Below, piece by piece: positions 27,048 to 41,003 of a DNA stretch of 58,632 bases. The stretch comes from an uncultured Collinsella sp. (GTDB taxonomy: Bacteria; Actinomycetota; Coriobacteriia; Coriobacteriales; Coriobacteriaceae), in the NCBI GenBank assembly GCA_900546085.1, contig URBS01000001.1, forward strand, positions 1 through 58,632, in the 5' to 3' direction. Every line of letters begins with the position of its first letter. Position 1 is the first letter of the stretch. The translations under genes and the position numbers were made by a program. Below the pieces are notes generated by a model that was not told where the DNA came from, searched no databases, and was given only the letters and a program-made list of their open reading frames with translations.

Positions 27048-28046
27048 TTATTCCTCGACCGGCGTGAGCACCATGACGGCGCGTGTGTTGCTCAGCGACA
27101 GCGAACGACAGGTCACAAGCGTTACAACCTTAGTTGCCGAAGCGGCACGATCGGTGGCATCACTCGCCACGGCAGAAGCGCCGTCGAGCATCTCGGACAG
27201 GTAGTTCTTGAGTCCGTCGTCGCCCTCAAAATTGGTCGTGCGCGCCTTGGCATACGTGTCCTCGACCACCTTGGTCGCCAGCGGACGCAACTTATACGTC
27301 GCATCGCGCGTGATGTAGTACACATATTCAATGCTATCGAACGTTGCCTGGTCAGTCGTATCCGAAATCACGTTGAACATCGACCCATCGTTCATATGGT
27401 GGCCGTAGATCGTGGTCTGCTGGTCGACCATTCCCGGCGCGGTGTCATCGCTATCCAAGAAGATGGCACCCGAGGCGTTAGACGTGCCATCGAACAGCGT
27501 GTTGAGGTATTTGGAGTTGTTGTTGGTCTGCACCACGGGATAGTTGATGTTGGTTCCCGGCACGTAAATCCAACCCACAATCTCGGGGTTCGTCTGAGCA
27601 AGCGCATCAAAGTCGATAATCGGCACGCCGCTGGCGTCCTTATCGCTTACATATTGCTTCTCGATTTTCTGATACGAATCGCTCGCCTGCTTATAGCCAA
27701 TCTGGGCATTAATAAAAATAGCGGCGGCGGCGACAATCAGACCGATACCGATGATGATGAGCAGAATGGGAATAATGGAGTGGCGCTTTTTGCGCGGCGG
27801 CTCGGTGCGATCCGACGGCGCGGCATGCGATGAAGACCGGGGCGGCTTCTTAGCGGAGCTATAAGACGAAGGACGATATGCGGCCGGCGCGTCCTGTCGA
27901 CGATGCGTCGCCGGTGTCACGGGGCGCGGCGCGCGCGGCTGCTGAGGAGAGGATGTCCGACCCTGCTGTGCCGCACGGGCAGCACCCGGCTTCGACGGAT
28001 CGGGAATCTGAGAAGCCTTGAATCGTTTTCCCTGATAATCGGACAT
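27048..28046 (-). CDS. srtB: Class B sortase
   Basis: TM anchor, NPEIVGWIYVPGTNINYPVVQ, IYGHHM.DGSMF, TLVTC catalytic motif. Confidence 0.9.
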   Translation of the reverse strand: MSDYQGKRFKASQIPDPSKPGAARAAQQGRTSSPQQPRAPRPVTPATHRRQDAPAAYRPSSYSSAKKPPRSSSHAAPSDRTEPPRKKRHSIIPILLIIIGIGLIVAAAAIFINAQIGYKQASDSYQKIEKQYVSDKDASGVPIIDFDALAQTNPEIVGWIYVPGTNINYPVVQTNNNSKYLNTLFDGTSNASGAIFLDSDDTAPGMVDQQTTIYGHHMNDGSMFNVISDTTDQATFDSIEYVYYITRDATYKLRPLATKVVEDTYAKARTTNFEGDDGLKNYLSEMLDGASAVASDATDRAASATKVVTLVTCRSLSLSNTRAVMVLTPVEE

Positions 28047-28081
28047 GGCTCTCCTTATACTGCGGTGAAACGGCGGAACGC

Positions 28082-28546
28082 TTAGGCGTCAGCCATCTCC
28101 TGCTTCATCTTCTCGATAACCTTGCGGTACTCGGGGTCGCAAGCACCCAGAATCTGTGTGGCATAGATGGCGGCGTTCTTGGCACCGTTGATGGCAACGC
28201 AGGCCACGGGCACGCCCGAAGGCATCTGCACCATCGACAGCAGCGAATCCATACCGCCCAGGTCACTCGTCTTCATAGGCACGCCGATAACCGGCAGCGG
28301 CGTAAAGGCAGCCACGACACCACCCAAGTGAGCGGCCTTGCCGGCGGCGGCGATAATCACTTTGATACCGCGATCGGCGGCAGTCGAAGCCCAGTCGTGG
28401 ACCTTCGCCGGCGTGCGGTGCGCGCTCGCAATGACGAGCTCATAGGGCACACCCAGTGCCTCGAGCTCGGCGGTGCAGCCTTCCATAACGCCCAGATCGG
28501 ACTTGGAACCCATGATGATCCCGACAACCGGCTTCTGATCTGCCAT
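28082..28546 (-). CDS. purE: N5-carboxyaminoimidazole ribonucleotide mutase
   Basis: GIIMGSKSD, SAHRTP, LLSMVQMPSGVPV; start could be 28552. Confidence 0.97.
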   Translation of the reverse strand: MADQKPVVGIIMGSKSDLGVMEGCTAELEALGVPYELVIASAHRTPAKVHDWASTAADRGIKVIIAAAGKAAHLGGVVAAFTPLPVIGVPMKTSDLGGMDSLLSMVQMPSGVPVACVAINGAKNAAIYATQILGACDPEYRKVIEKMKQEMADA

Positions 28547-28763
28547 AAACATAGACCTCCTGTTGAGAGCGGTGACGCAGCGAATCCGCGACCCTTAACT
28601 GCAAATAATTCAAGTATAGCCACCGATGCCGATGTGTTCGGTGAGAGACGGAATGCTTTGCGAGATTAAGGCCGAAGGGTCGGAGCTTTCCGCCTACATT
28701 CAAAAAGCATGCCCACCGTCCTTGGGTGGGACGGCGGGCACGCTTGCTTAGCTGTTGCTGGGG

Positions 28764-31700
28764 CTACTTGGCCTTGCTGCGACGATGGAAGAAAGCGCCG
28801 ATCGCGGCGATGATGGCGCCGAGACCACCGACGGTCACGACGGTCGCCGCCGTCTGGTCGCCGGTATTGGGGATCGCCGAACCGTTCTTCTTGCTGCCCT
28901 GGGCCTTGTCGCCTGCGGGCTTGCCCGCCTGGTTGCCGCCGTTCGAGCCATTGCCGGAACCCTGGTTGCCCGAGCCGCCCTGGTTGCCGGAGTCGGCATC
29001 CCTGAGGCTCTCAATGGCCAGCTTGAGCTGGTCATAGGCCGCCTGGAGCTGGGTGTCGGAAGCATTCTCATCACCCAAGACGTCCTCGGCGTAGGTAATG
29101 GCATCCGTCAGGGCCTTGACAGACTCGTCCGTCTTGCCCCTGGTGTCAGTCTCCTTCGCCTGCTTGACCAGGGCCTTGAGCTGCTTCTTAGTCGGATTCT
29201 CGACCGGGACCACCGGGGTCTTCTCGAGCGCGCCGCGGGCGCTCTCGAGCGCCCTGAGCGCCTGGTCGACCTCGTCCTGCGTGGCGTTCTCGTCGCTCAA
29301 GATGGCGCGGGCGCTCGCCAGGGCGTTCTCGAGCGCCGTCCAGGAGGCCTCGGTGTAGTCACCGGCCTTGAGGTCGCCGGCAGCAACCTCGGCATCAACC
29401 TTTTCGATCGCGGTAGCGAGATCATCCTTCGCCACCGGATCGGGGACGGCCGTACCGTAGAACTTGAGCTCCGCCATGCTGCAGTAGGCATCAACGTCGC
29501 CACCGCCGGCGTGAATCACCTTGACGGTCACGTAGCGACCGCGCGCGGCGCCAAAGCTCATCTGCTTCCAGTCGCCACGGTCGGTGAGCACGCGGCCGTC
29601 GTTGTCGAAGGCGAACGTACCCATCGACGCGGCGGTGCCCATCTCATAACCGTCGGCAGTGTCGGAGACCAGTATCTCGGCCTCGAAGATATCGCCGTTA
29701 GTGCCGCCGTCCTGGCGCGGCAGGAATGTAACGTCGGTGAGATCGTAGTCGCGGCCCAGGTCGACACTCAGATACTGGGGCATACCGGTTCCATGGGCCC
29801 AGTCGCTGTGCCAAAGCGTCCGCTCGTCGCCGTCGAGAGCGTTGACGGCGTTGCTGCCCTCGTAGTCGGCCTCACTCGAGAAGTCGGCCACCTTGACGTT
29901 CTTGCGGTTCTCGGGCGTGTTGATGAGGATCTTCTCATCGACAGGGCGCATCTTGAGGCCGTCGATTGCCTTCTCGATCTTGGCAGTGGCGTCTGCGACA
30001 TCCTTCTTGCTATAGCTGCCCTGGCCGCTGTCGAGGAGCTTCCGAGCCGCCTCGACCGCAGTGGTGAGAGCTGCATAGGAATCCTTGGTGTAGACGGACT
30101 CGCTGTAGCCCGCGGCCTTGGAAAGCGCTGCCACGAGCGCAGAGGTATCGACACCAGCCTTGACCTCGACCTCATAGGATGCGGTCTTGGAGGGGTCGAG
30201 TACCGACGCCACCGTGATCTTTGCCTTGCCGGCCTTGTTGGCACGCAGGTAGTAGCTCACGCTATCGCCAGCCTGAACAGCGGAGACGCTTACCACAGAG
30301 GGGTCGGAGCTCTCGACCGTCACATAGGGGTAGCCAGCGCTCTCAGGCGTAGCCTTGGCGTCGACGGGCGTAATGTCGCCTTCAAAGAACTCGGTCTGGT
30401 TCTTGCCTAGCTCGACACCCTCGATGGCCTCGACACCCTGCGTGTAGTTGAAGTTGACCTCACGCAGTGTGAGCATCTGGTCACCCGATGCCTCAAGCGG
30501 CGTGACCTCGACCTTGGTCGCCTTCTTGCCCTTGTTCTCGGCAGAGAGGTCAAAGGCGTAGCGAGCCAGGAAGGAATCGTACTCCCCGCCCGCGAACTCT
30601 TGGATCGAGCCATCCTCGAACGTCACGACGGCCTTGATCTTCTGTACGGTTCCGTTGCCGCCGTTGCGGTTAACGACCTCGACGCTATCGAGTTTCGACG
30701 GCGTCTTAAATGCGAATGTCATCGTGGTGGGAAGCTTCACGTAACTCGGTAGCTTACCCTCGCTGTCCCAGTTGCCACTCCAGTTCCACAGGAACTCAAA
30801 GCCGTTGTCGCCCTCGTTATTATCGAACAGCGCGTTATAGCTTTTCTGCTGGATAAGTTTCTCGACGTTGGTCCCGTCGTCGGTCGTGAGCTCATCGTTG
30901 GTCATCGTGATGTTGAAGGCATCCTGGGCGTACTCGGCGACCGTTGGCTGAGGAACGTCCGGCATCGTCACCGTGCCGTCGCTCGCAAACTCAAGTGCGT
31001 CGCATGCCGGGCCGATAAGCCAAGATGTCGAGGGCAGTTCGACCTTTCCGGCGGTCTTGGCCTTGAGCTTGAAACTCGCCACCGCGCCGGTACCGTTGTA
31101 GAGCTTGCCATCGCCGCGGTTGGCAAAGGCGAGATTGATAGTCTGCGTTCCGTCCACGAACTGGACCTTCTCGCGAGACAGGTTCTCCATGCCGGCAGTC
31201 GAGCCGTCCTGCGCGATGCTCTCGGACACAAACTCGAACTGGTCGCTCTTGAAGTTGACGAGGGCGCCCAGGGCGTTGACGTTCTTGGCGTCGGCCGCAT
31301 AGACATCAACGGTGATCTCATCACCGGCCTCGACCTCGGTCTTGCTCGGAATCACCGCGAGCGAACCTGCGACCTTGCCCTTTTGTTTAGTGCCGCCGTC
31401 AAGACCCGCCATGGTGAACGAGTAATCGTAGACGTCGTAAACGCCGTTATCGTTGAGGTCGGCGAAGTGGTCGCGGATCTGCGAACCGAACGTCGGGGTA
31501 TCGGGCTCGCGATTCTCGAGGCCCAGATAGTTCTTCATGTTGGAGTAGTCTCCGTCGGAGATCGTGGCCTTGTTGAGGTTGGAGCCCACGGCGAAGCCAT
31601 CCGTGCCGTCGGTCTTGTAGATGGCAATCTCGGACGCGGAGAAGAAATTGCCGACCGAGGCGAGCGGTGTCATGCGCACGTAACGGGCGGCCACGGTGCC

Positions 31701-34700
31701 GTCAAACGCTACCGTCTTACAATCAGCGGAACGTGCCCAATCGACCTCCTGGCTCGTCCAGTGGACGCCATCGAGACTCGTCTCAACACGCATCTTGGTC
31801 ACGGTGCCGTTGCCGGCGTCATCGCGCGGATAGTACTCGAGCTTATCGAGCTTGTAAGCGCGTCCATAGTCAACGGTAAGCGCCTTGCCCAGATCGTTGC
31901 CACCGGAGTGGAAACCGCCGTCGCCCGACTGGAACTCATGGTCGAAGGCGAGCTCGGCCTTATGGCTGCCGTAAAGTGAGCCCTCCCAGGTGATTTCCTC
32001 GGCGTCGGGGACGTTCCGCCACGGATCGAGTGCGGAGTTCGCCTCGAGCACATCGCTCCAGGCGGAGTAACCTTCGGCGTTGCGCGAACGAATCTGGTAG
32101 GTGTGCTTGCTATTGTAGGCGAGGTCGGTGTGCGTGAACTCGGCCGCATCACCCACGGCAAACACAGTGCCGTCGACCTTAAGGTCGTAGGAGGTAGCAC
32201 CATCGACCTTTCCCCAGGTGAGCTTGATGCTCGTTGGGGTCGTGGCGTCCTCGGGGGCAGCAAGGTTCGTGGGTGCGGAGAGGTTCTCGTTGAGGCGATC
32301 GGCTGTGAGCGTGGCGTCGGCGTTCACGAAACCGCCCAGCTCAAGCGTCTGCGCCGCTGCAGCAACATCGGTCTTCGCGAACTTGACGTAGACCTTGGGG
32401 TTCGTGGTGATCTTGGTGTTGTTGAAGCTCTCGCCCTGCTCGGCCTCGGTGCCGTCCGCATCGCTGCCGTAGTGGTTGAGGTTGGGGGTCTCGCTGTAGA
32501 AGTAGACCGCCTGGCCGGCCTCGGGGGTCGCGGCGTCAAAGGTCTCCTGCGAGTCGACCTCAACCACGTTGAGTGCGGATCCGCCGTTCTTGGCGACAAC
32601 GCTCGTGGGCTTGGCGGACACATTGGCCACGAAGGTCGTGGTGCGGTTGGAGTCGTAGCCGTTGTAGCCGCCCTGCGAGGCCTCGGCGGTAAAGGTCGCG
32701 GTGCCGCCTGCGGCCTTGGAGCTGTAGACGGTGCTCACATGCTCACCGTAGGAGATATTGTCGATCGTGCCGTAGGAATCGTCCTCAGTCGTGTTGTTCT
32801 CGATGGAGGAGCCGTCGTCCTCGTACTGCGTAAAGGTGCCGTCGCCCTCGGTGGCGAAGAACTCGACGATACGCTGGCTGCGGTCGGTACCCTTGGTGTT
32901 GGTGTCGCTCACGGCCTCGGGGTTGTTGTTCTCGGCGTACATCGGCACGATAGCGTTGGCCTTCACAAACAGCGGCAGCTTCCAAAGCGGAGCCTCGTAG
33001 TTGTTGAGAACCTGGCCGCCGCGATACTGCTTACCCGAGAAGTAATCGATCCAGATGGTGGGATTCTCGTCGGTGCCGTAGTTGGGGAGGTAAATCCCAT
33101 TGCGAATGTCGTTGCCGTTCTCGTCTGCCTGGGTATCCTGATACACCGGTGCCACTAGGAAGTTCTCACCGAACATATACTGGTACTGCGTCGAAGTGCT
33201 TGCGGCGTACTCGGAGTTGTCGGAAAGCAGCATGGCGCGGATCATGGGCAGGCCGGCATCGCCGTTACCCGTGTCGATGTTGGCCGCCGAGGCCGCGCTC
33301 GTGTAGATATAGGGCATGAGCTGCGCCTTGAGCTTGAGGTAGAAGCGCGAGATGCCTGTGTAGGGATCGCCGTGCGTCATGGGCGATTTACGGTAGGTGC
33401 CCCAACCGTCCATGTCAAGCATAGAGGGCGTGAACGTCTTCCACTGGTAGTCACGCGCAGAGATGATGGGGTCGCCGCCAAAGATGCCATCCATGTCGGA
33501 GCCGATGTTGGGGTTGCCCGAAAGACTCTGACCGATATACGTGGGGATATGGAAGCGAATGTACTCCCAGTTACCGCCATACTGGTCGCCGGTCCAAATG
33601 CCACCAAAGCGCTGCGTGCCGGCCCAACCATCGAGCGTGATGATGTTGGGGCGCTTGTTAGCGCCGGTCGTCACCGTGTCATAAGCTGTCTTGATGCCAT
33701 TGAGACCAAAGGAGTAGCCAGATCCAACCCAGGCAACGTCGGTCTTAAGGGTAGTGATGCCTCCCGTCTTGACCTCGGCGTCGAAGTCGCGAAGCAGATG
33801 CCACGGGGTCTCAGGGTTGCTGTCGGGCTCAAGGTTGGACTGGGTCCACAAGCCCGTGCTCACACCCTTGGAGTTGGCATACTCGGTGAACTTCTTAAGG
33901 TTGTCGACATTGGCACGCACAGCGTTAAGACGGTCGGCCGAGCTCGCTCCGTCGGAGTTGACGCCGCCGGTCTTGTAGTAACCGTTCTGGCCATAGCCGG
34001 CGCCGTAACCGTCGTTCGGCAGGAACCAGCCGAGCGGCATGTCGTTGTCCTCGTAGTCATCGATAACCTGACGAGCAGAGAACTGGCGGTCGAAATCGGT
34101 CGCTTTCATGTTCTCGGTATCAACCGTAGGGCCCTCACCGTTGAGCGTCTCGGCCGCAAGTGTGCCGTCGAGCTTGTAGCCCGTCGACATGCCAGACTCG
34201 TACTTAACGTCGCCCTTCTCGCTCGAGGACTTGCTGCCCTTGGTCTCCCACTTCTTTTGACCCGAGGTCGTTGACCAGCCATCACGGTTATAGGCATTAA
34301 GATGACCAAGGTAGAACCCGTACTCGGGCAGCAGTACCGGGTTACCGGTCACCTTGTAGTAGTCCTGCAGCATCTCGGTTGCCACGTTCGAAGCGCCCTC
34401 GTTGGTCGCCACGAAGTAGTAGGCATCAAACTCATTCTCGCTGTGCAAAGTCGTGACCGTCGATGAGTCCGTGGAACCGAAGTCGTAGGAACCCTCTGCA
34501 AACGTGTTTCGGAGTACGCCGTAGCCGTCACTCGTCCAATAAAACGGGTTGGGCGAGGCAACGCCGCCATCGGTCCAGTTGTTCGTGTTGGAGATGGCGA
34601 TGGTCTGGTTGGTGTGCAGGAAGCGTCCGTTCTGGGTGCCGCCGCCAAAGAAGTTCTCGGACTTCTCCTTGGCGAGCGTCTGGACGGTACCCTTCTTATC

Positions 34701-35177
34701 AAGGTCGAGGGACGCGGACTCGGAAACCACGACACGGTCGCCTGACTTGATACTCATCTTGCCAGTCGCCTTGTCCAGGATCACGGTCGCCTTTCCGCCG
34801 GTGATCTCGATAGTGTCGCCCTTGTCGGCAACCGTCGCACTCGGCTTGCTGTAGGTGTCCGAGGTATCGGGCTGAGCCTGGATCTTAGCCGTGTGGGACT
34901 TACTACGCGGCGTGGCGTACTCGGAAAACTCACCCTTGGGGTCGACGTTATAACGGAAAATACCGTCCTCGAGGAACGTAATACGGCCCTTGATGCCGTC
35001 AGCGAAATCGATGTCGACGACATTCGAGGCAGATGAGGACACGGTCGCCGAGTCGACGCCCTTGAGTGGCGTGGCAATCGCCTGCTGGGGATTGGCAAAC
35101 ACGAGCGTCGCTGCAGTGGCAACGAGGACCGCGCTTCCCTTCACCCACCGTTTCGTAAAAATGGAATTCCTACACAC
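28764..35177 (-). CDS. Multimodular cell-wall-anchored GH31 glycoside hydrolase (probable alpha-N-acetylgalactosaminidase) with FN3, CBM32/F5-8, dockerin-like, cohesin-like, Ig-like and FIVAR modules
   Basis: GWFLPNDGYG, KTDVAWVG (nucleophile), IWTGDQ (acid/base), GLPMIRAM; CBM32 motifs (LEYYPR, ALDGDERTLWHS..FLPRQDG); IPNTG + TM + basic tail; GTG start with AAAGGAG RBS. Confidence 0.88.
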   Translation of the reverse strand: MCRNSIFTKRWVKGSAVLVATAATLVFANPQQAIATPLKGVDSATVSSSASNVVDIDFADGIKGRITFLEDGIFRYNVDPKGEFSEYATPRSKSHTAKIQAQPDTSDTYSKPSATVADKGDTIEITGGKATVILDKATGKMSIKSGDRVVVSESASLDLDKKGTVQTLAKEKSENFFGGGTQNGRFLHTNQTIAISNTNNWTDGGVASPNPFYWTSDGYGVLRNTFAEGSYDFGSTDSSTVTTLHSENEFDAYYFVATNEGASNVATEMLQDYYKVTGNPVLLPEYGFYLGHLNAYNRDGWSTTSGQKKWETKGSKSSSEKGDVKYESGMSTGYKLDGTLAAETLNGEGPTVDTENMKATDFDRQFSARQVIDDYEDNDMPLGWFLPNDGYGAGYGQNGYYKTGGVNSDGASSADRLNAVRANVDNLKKFTEYANSKGVSTGLWTQSNLEPDSNPETPWHLLRDFDAEVKTGGITTLKTDVAWVGSGYSFGLNGIKTAYDTVTTGANKRPNIITLDGWAGTQRFGGIWTGDQYGGNWEYIRFHIPTYIGQSLSGNPNIGSDMDGIFGGDPIISARDYQWKTFTPSMLDMDGWGTYRKSPMTHGDPYTGISRFYLKLKAQLMPYIYTSAASAANIDTGNGDAGLPMIRAMLLSDNSEYAASTSTQYQYMFGENFLVAPVYQDTQADENGNDIRNGIYLPNYGTDENPTIWIDYFSGKQYRGGQVLNNYEAPLWKLPLFVKANAIVPMYAENNNPEAVSDTNTKGTDRSQRIVEFFATEGDGTFTQYEDDGSSIENNTTEDDSYGTIDNISYGEHVSTVYSSKAAGGTATFTAEASQGGYNGYDSNRTTTFVANVSAKPTSVVAKNGGSALNVVEVDSQETFDAATPEAGQAVYFYSETPNLNHYGSDADGTEAEQGESFNNTKITTNPKVYVKFAKTDVAAAAQTLELGGFVNADATLTADRLNENLSAPTNLAAPEDATTPTSIKLTWGKVDGATSYDLKVDGTVFAVGDAAEFTHTDLAYNSKHTYQIRSRNAEGYSAWSDVLEANSALDPWRNVPDAEEITWEGSLYGSHKAELAFDHEFQSGDGGFHSGGNDLGKALTVDYGRAYKLDKLEYYPRDDAGNGTVTKMRVETSLDGVHWTSQEVDWARSADCKTVAFDGTVAARYVRMTPLASVGNFFSASEIAIYKTDGTDGFAVGSNLNKATISDGDYSNMKNYLGLENREPDTPTFGSQIRDHFADLNDNGVYDVYDYSFTMAGLDGGTKQKGKVAGSLAVIPSKTEVEAGDEITVDVYAADAKNVNALGALVNFKSDQFEFVSESIAQDGSTAGMENLSREKVQFVDGTQTINLAFANRGDGKLYNGTGAVASFKLKAKTAGKVELPSTSWLIGPACDALEFASDGTVTMPDVPQPTVAEYAQDAFNITMTNDELTTDDGTNVEKLIQQKSYNALFDNNEGDNGFEFLWNWSGNWDSEGKLPSYVKLPTTMTFAFKTPSKLDSVEVVNRNGGNGTVQKIKAVVTFEDGSIQEFAGGEYDSFLARYAFDLSAENKGKKATKVEVTPLEASGDQMLTLREVNFNYTQGVEAIEGVELGKNQTEFFEGDITPVDAKATPESAGYPYVTVESSDPSVVSVSAVQAGDSVSYYLRANKAGKAKITVASVLDPSKTASYEVEVKAGVDTSALVAALSKAAGYSESVYTKDSYAALTTAVEAARKLLDSGQGSYSKKDVADATAKIEKAIDGLKMRPVDEKILINTPENRKNVKVADFSSEADYEGSNAVNALDGDERTLWHSDWAHGTGMPQYLSVDLGRDYDLTDVTFLPRQDGGTNGDIFEAEILVSDTADGYEMGTAASMGTFAFDNDGRVLTDRGDWKQMSFGAARGRYVTVKVIHAGGGDVDAYCSMAELKFYGTAVPDPVAKDDLATAIEKVDAEVAAGDLKAGDYTEASWTALENALASARAILSDENATQDEVDQALRALESARGALEKTPVVPVENPTKKQLKALVKQAKETDTRGKTDESVKALTDAITYAEDVLGDENASDTQLQAAYDQLKLAIESLRDADSGNQGGSGNQGSGNGSNGGNQAGKPAGDKAQGSKKNGSAIPNTGDQTAATVVTVGGLGAIIAAIGAFFHRRSKAK

Positions 35178-35828
35178 CTGGACTCCTTTCCTCCGACATG
35201 CGGAAGCGTCGCGGACGCACGCCCTGCAGCATGGGCGAACGCATCAAACGGGGGGGTGTTCGGTACATTCCGTGCAGTGGGCCCACCCGTTACCAAGGGG
35301 TCAACTGGTAGTAACCAGATATCCCCCTATTAGGTCGAATCAGCATACGGGAGCAGTTGCGCAACCAAGTTCGGAATTCTCCCAGTGGTATTAAAATGAG
35401 CGTCAATGGCAGGGTGGGCTAAATAAGCCATACCAATTGGTTCTTCAGTCAAATATCAATTAAGCAAAAATGTACTGTTTATCTGGTATTACACAGACCG
35501 TACCTCTCCCTCGGGAGCTGGGCTTCGCGAAGTTTCCCGAGAGAGAGGCTCAGCCGCCACCCTGCGACCTACCGGATATTGCCATGACGTACGTTGACTG
35601 ATTTGGTTTGGATAAAAAGGTTGACGGAGAGTGATGGGCGGTTAGTTCAGATACGTATAATTTGGCCGTGGCCTTGGGCACGAAATTGCCGCTTGGAAGC
35701 CGACGCGGACCCAGTATTGGGCCGTTCCCGGCTTGGCTGAGCATCTTGATCGATTCAGATTGCCAAAAGTAGGCCGAATGAGTCCAAATCGATCTTCTCC
35801 TACTAACAGCAAAAAGGCCTCCATACAA

Positions 35829-35870
35829 AGAGTGGGCCCTGCCGCTCGAACGAACGGCAGGGCCCACTCT
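35829..35870. terminator. Intrinsic terminator-like hairpin downstream of carB
   Basis: AGAGTGGGCCCTGCCG / CGGCAGGGCCCACTCT. Confidence 0.7.
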
Positions 35871-35940
35871 CATTTTCTATTTAGCCTTAGTCATCGCACA
35901 AAGCCCCTTCGGCAGCACACGGTGCACCCAAGTCACCGAA

Positions 35941-36028
35941 GGCCGGGGCGGAGGGGGCCGAGCTTCCCACTGAGCGACTCTGCTTGCAGCCGGAGCGAAG
36001 GGGGAACTCGGCCCCCTCCGCCCCGGCC
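35941..36028. repeat. GC-rich 28-bp inverted repeat after the carB stop
   Basis: GGCCGGGGCGGAGGGGGCCGAG perfect 22-bp arm pair, ~32-nt loop. Confidence 0.7.
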
Positions 36029-36040
36029 GACCCGGTCACA

Positions 36041-39355
<3,315 letters not shown>

Positions 39356-39356
39356 G

Positions 39357-40796
39357 TTAGTTCTCCTCGGTCGCAGCGTTCTCGGACTCGGCGAAATTCC
39401 AGCCGGCGAGGCGGTCCTTCGCGGTGTCGATGTCCAGGTAGTTCTCCTCGCCGTCCATGAGTCGCGTAAAGGCGGTAAAGAGATAGTGGGCATCGGTGGG
39501 GCCAGGCGAAGCCTCGGGGTGGTACTGGACCGAGAAACACGGGGCGTCGAGCAGCTGGATGCCCTCGGCGGTGCCGTCGTTGAGGTTCACATGTGTCAGG
39601 CGAATGCGACCAAAGCGCTCGTTCATCACGACCGGCGCGATGCCGCGACGCACCCAGGCGCGCAGGTCACCGTCGGCCGCATACTCGGTTTCGCCGCCGG
39701 AAAGCTCCGGAATCAGTTTGCCCAGACTGGGGAACAGCAGGCCAAAGCCGTGGTTTTGCGCGGTGATCTCCACGCGACGGCTCACCAGATTCATGACCGG
39801 CTGGTTACCGCCACGGTGACCGAATTTAAGCTTTTCCATTTGGGCGCCGCAGGCCAGGCTGATCATCTGGTGACCGAGGCAAATGCCAAAGACCGGCACC
39901 TTGCCGATCAGCTGCTGTACCTGCTCATAGGTCTCCACCACGGCATCGGGGTCGCCGGGGCCGTTGGACAAAAAGACGCCATCGGGATTCATGTCGAGCA
40001 CCTGCTGGGCGGGCGTATCCCACGGCACGACGGTGAGATCGCAGCCGGCACGGACCAGGCCCTCCAGAATACCGCGCTTCACACCGCAGTCGTAGGCGAC
40101 CACTTTGTGACGGGCAGGAGCGGCAGCCGCAAGCGCAAAGTCATGCGTGGCAGGCAGGTCGGCGGCCACAAACTCGTGAGGCGCGGGGCAACTTACGGTC
40201 TTGACCAGGTTCTCGCCTACCAGCGTGGGCGCAGCGGACAAGCGCTCGGCAAGCTCGTCGACGTCGAAGATCTCGGTCGAGATAATGCCCATCTTGGAAC
40301 CATTGTCGCGCAGATGGCGCACCAGAGCGCGGGTGTCGATACCCTCGATAGCGACGATGCCGTGAGCGCGCAGGTACTCCGGCACGCTGACGGCCGAGCG
40401 CCAGTTAGAAGGCGTGGCGCACATATCGCGAACGATCATGCCGCGCATAGCCGGAGCGCTCGCAGGGCGCACGGCGTCGCCGGGGAAGGCCGACTGGACA
40501 TCGGTCTCGTCGATACCGTAATTGCCGATCTGCGGATAGGTCATGGTTACAATTTGGCCGGCATAACTCGGGTCGGTCATGACCTCAAAGTAGCCCTCGA
40601 GCGAGGTGTTGAAGCAGACTTCGCCGGTCGCGGTGCCCTCGGTGCCGCATGCACGTCCATAAAAAATGGTCCCATCCTCAAGATACAGGATACAGGGACC
40701 GCAGGTGCCCTTGCTGGTTTTGGCCAGCATACGCTGGCAAAGCTCGCTGGGCGCGAAGGTGCGGGCGGCAGCGCCCGCGGTATGGTTGTTCGCCAT
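39357..40796 (-). CDS. carA: Carbamoyl-phosphate synthase small subunit
   Basis: [43 protein letters not shown]. Confidence 0.97.
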   Translation of the reverse strand: MANNHTAGAAARTFAPSELCQRMLAKTSKGTCGPCILYLEDGTIFYGRACGTEGTATGEVCFNTSLEGYFEVMTDPSYAGQIVTMTYPQIGNYGIDETDVQSAFPGDAVRPASAPAMRGMIVRDMCATPSNWRSAVSVPEYLRAHGIVAIEGIDTRALVRHLRDNGSKMGIISTEIFDVDELAERLSAAPTLVGENLVKTVSCPAPHEFVAADLPATHDFALAAAAPARHKVVAYDCGVKRGILEGLVRAGCDLTVVPWDTPAQQVLDMNPDGVFLSNGPGDPDAVVETYEQVQQLIGKVPVFGICLGHQMISLACGAQMEKLKFGHRGGNQPVMNLVSRRVEITAQNHGFGLLFPSLGKLIPELSGGETEYAADGDLRAWVRRGIAPVVMNERFGRIRLTHVNLNDGTAEGIQLLDAPCFSVQYHPEASPGPTDAHYLFTAFTRLMDGEENYLDIDTAKDRLAGWNFAESENAATEEN

Positions 40797-40960
40797 AATT
40801 CTCCTTCCCGGTCTCACAGGACCGGCTTAAAGGTGTGTAGTTAGGCCTCGCGGTATTGTAACCGCAAGCATGCCTCATGGCGTTAATTTCATCGAAATGT
40901 TTACGAAATGATAATTATGACTTTCTATGCATAATGATTATTTAATCCCGTCCCAGAAAA

Positions 40961-40997
40961 ATTATCCCGCGTGGGCTTGTGGCTCACGCGGGATAAT
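40961..40997 (-). terminator. Terminator-like hairpin
   Basis: ATTATCCCGCGTG...CACGCGGGATAAT with a T-run on the minus strand, right after the stop of the 41004 ORF. Confidence 0.7.
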
Positions 40998-41003
40998 GGC
41001 CTC

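Noticed and set aside
28552..28700. Purine/ZTP/PRPP riboswitch upstream of purE (also checked purF, purD)
   Set aside because: No recognisable aptamer consensus by eye; an Rfam scan would be needed.
35550..35873. Small ORFs between the GH31 gene and carB
   Set aside because: No RBS, no motifs, and one overlaps the terminator hairpin.
40916..40945. ARG box upstream of carA
   Set aside because: TATGACTTTCTATGCATA is only a partial match and overlaps a GGGACGGG hairpin; too weak to call.
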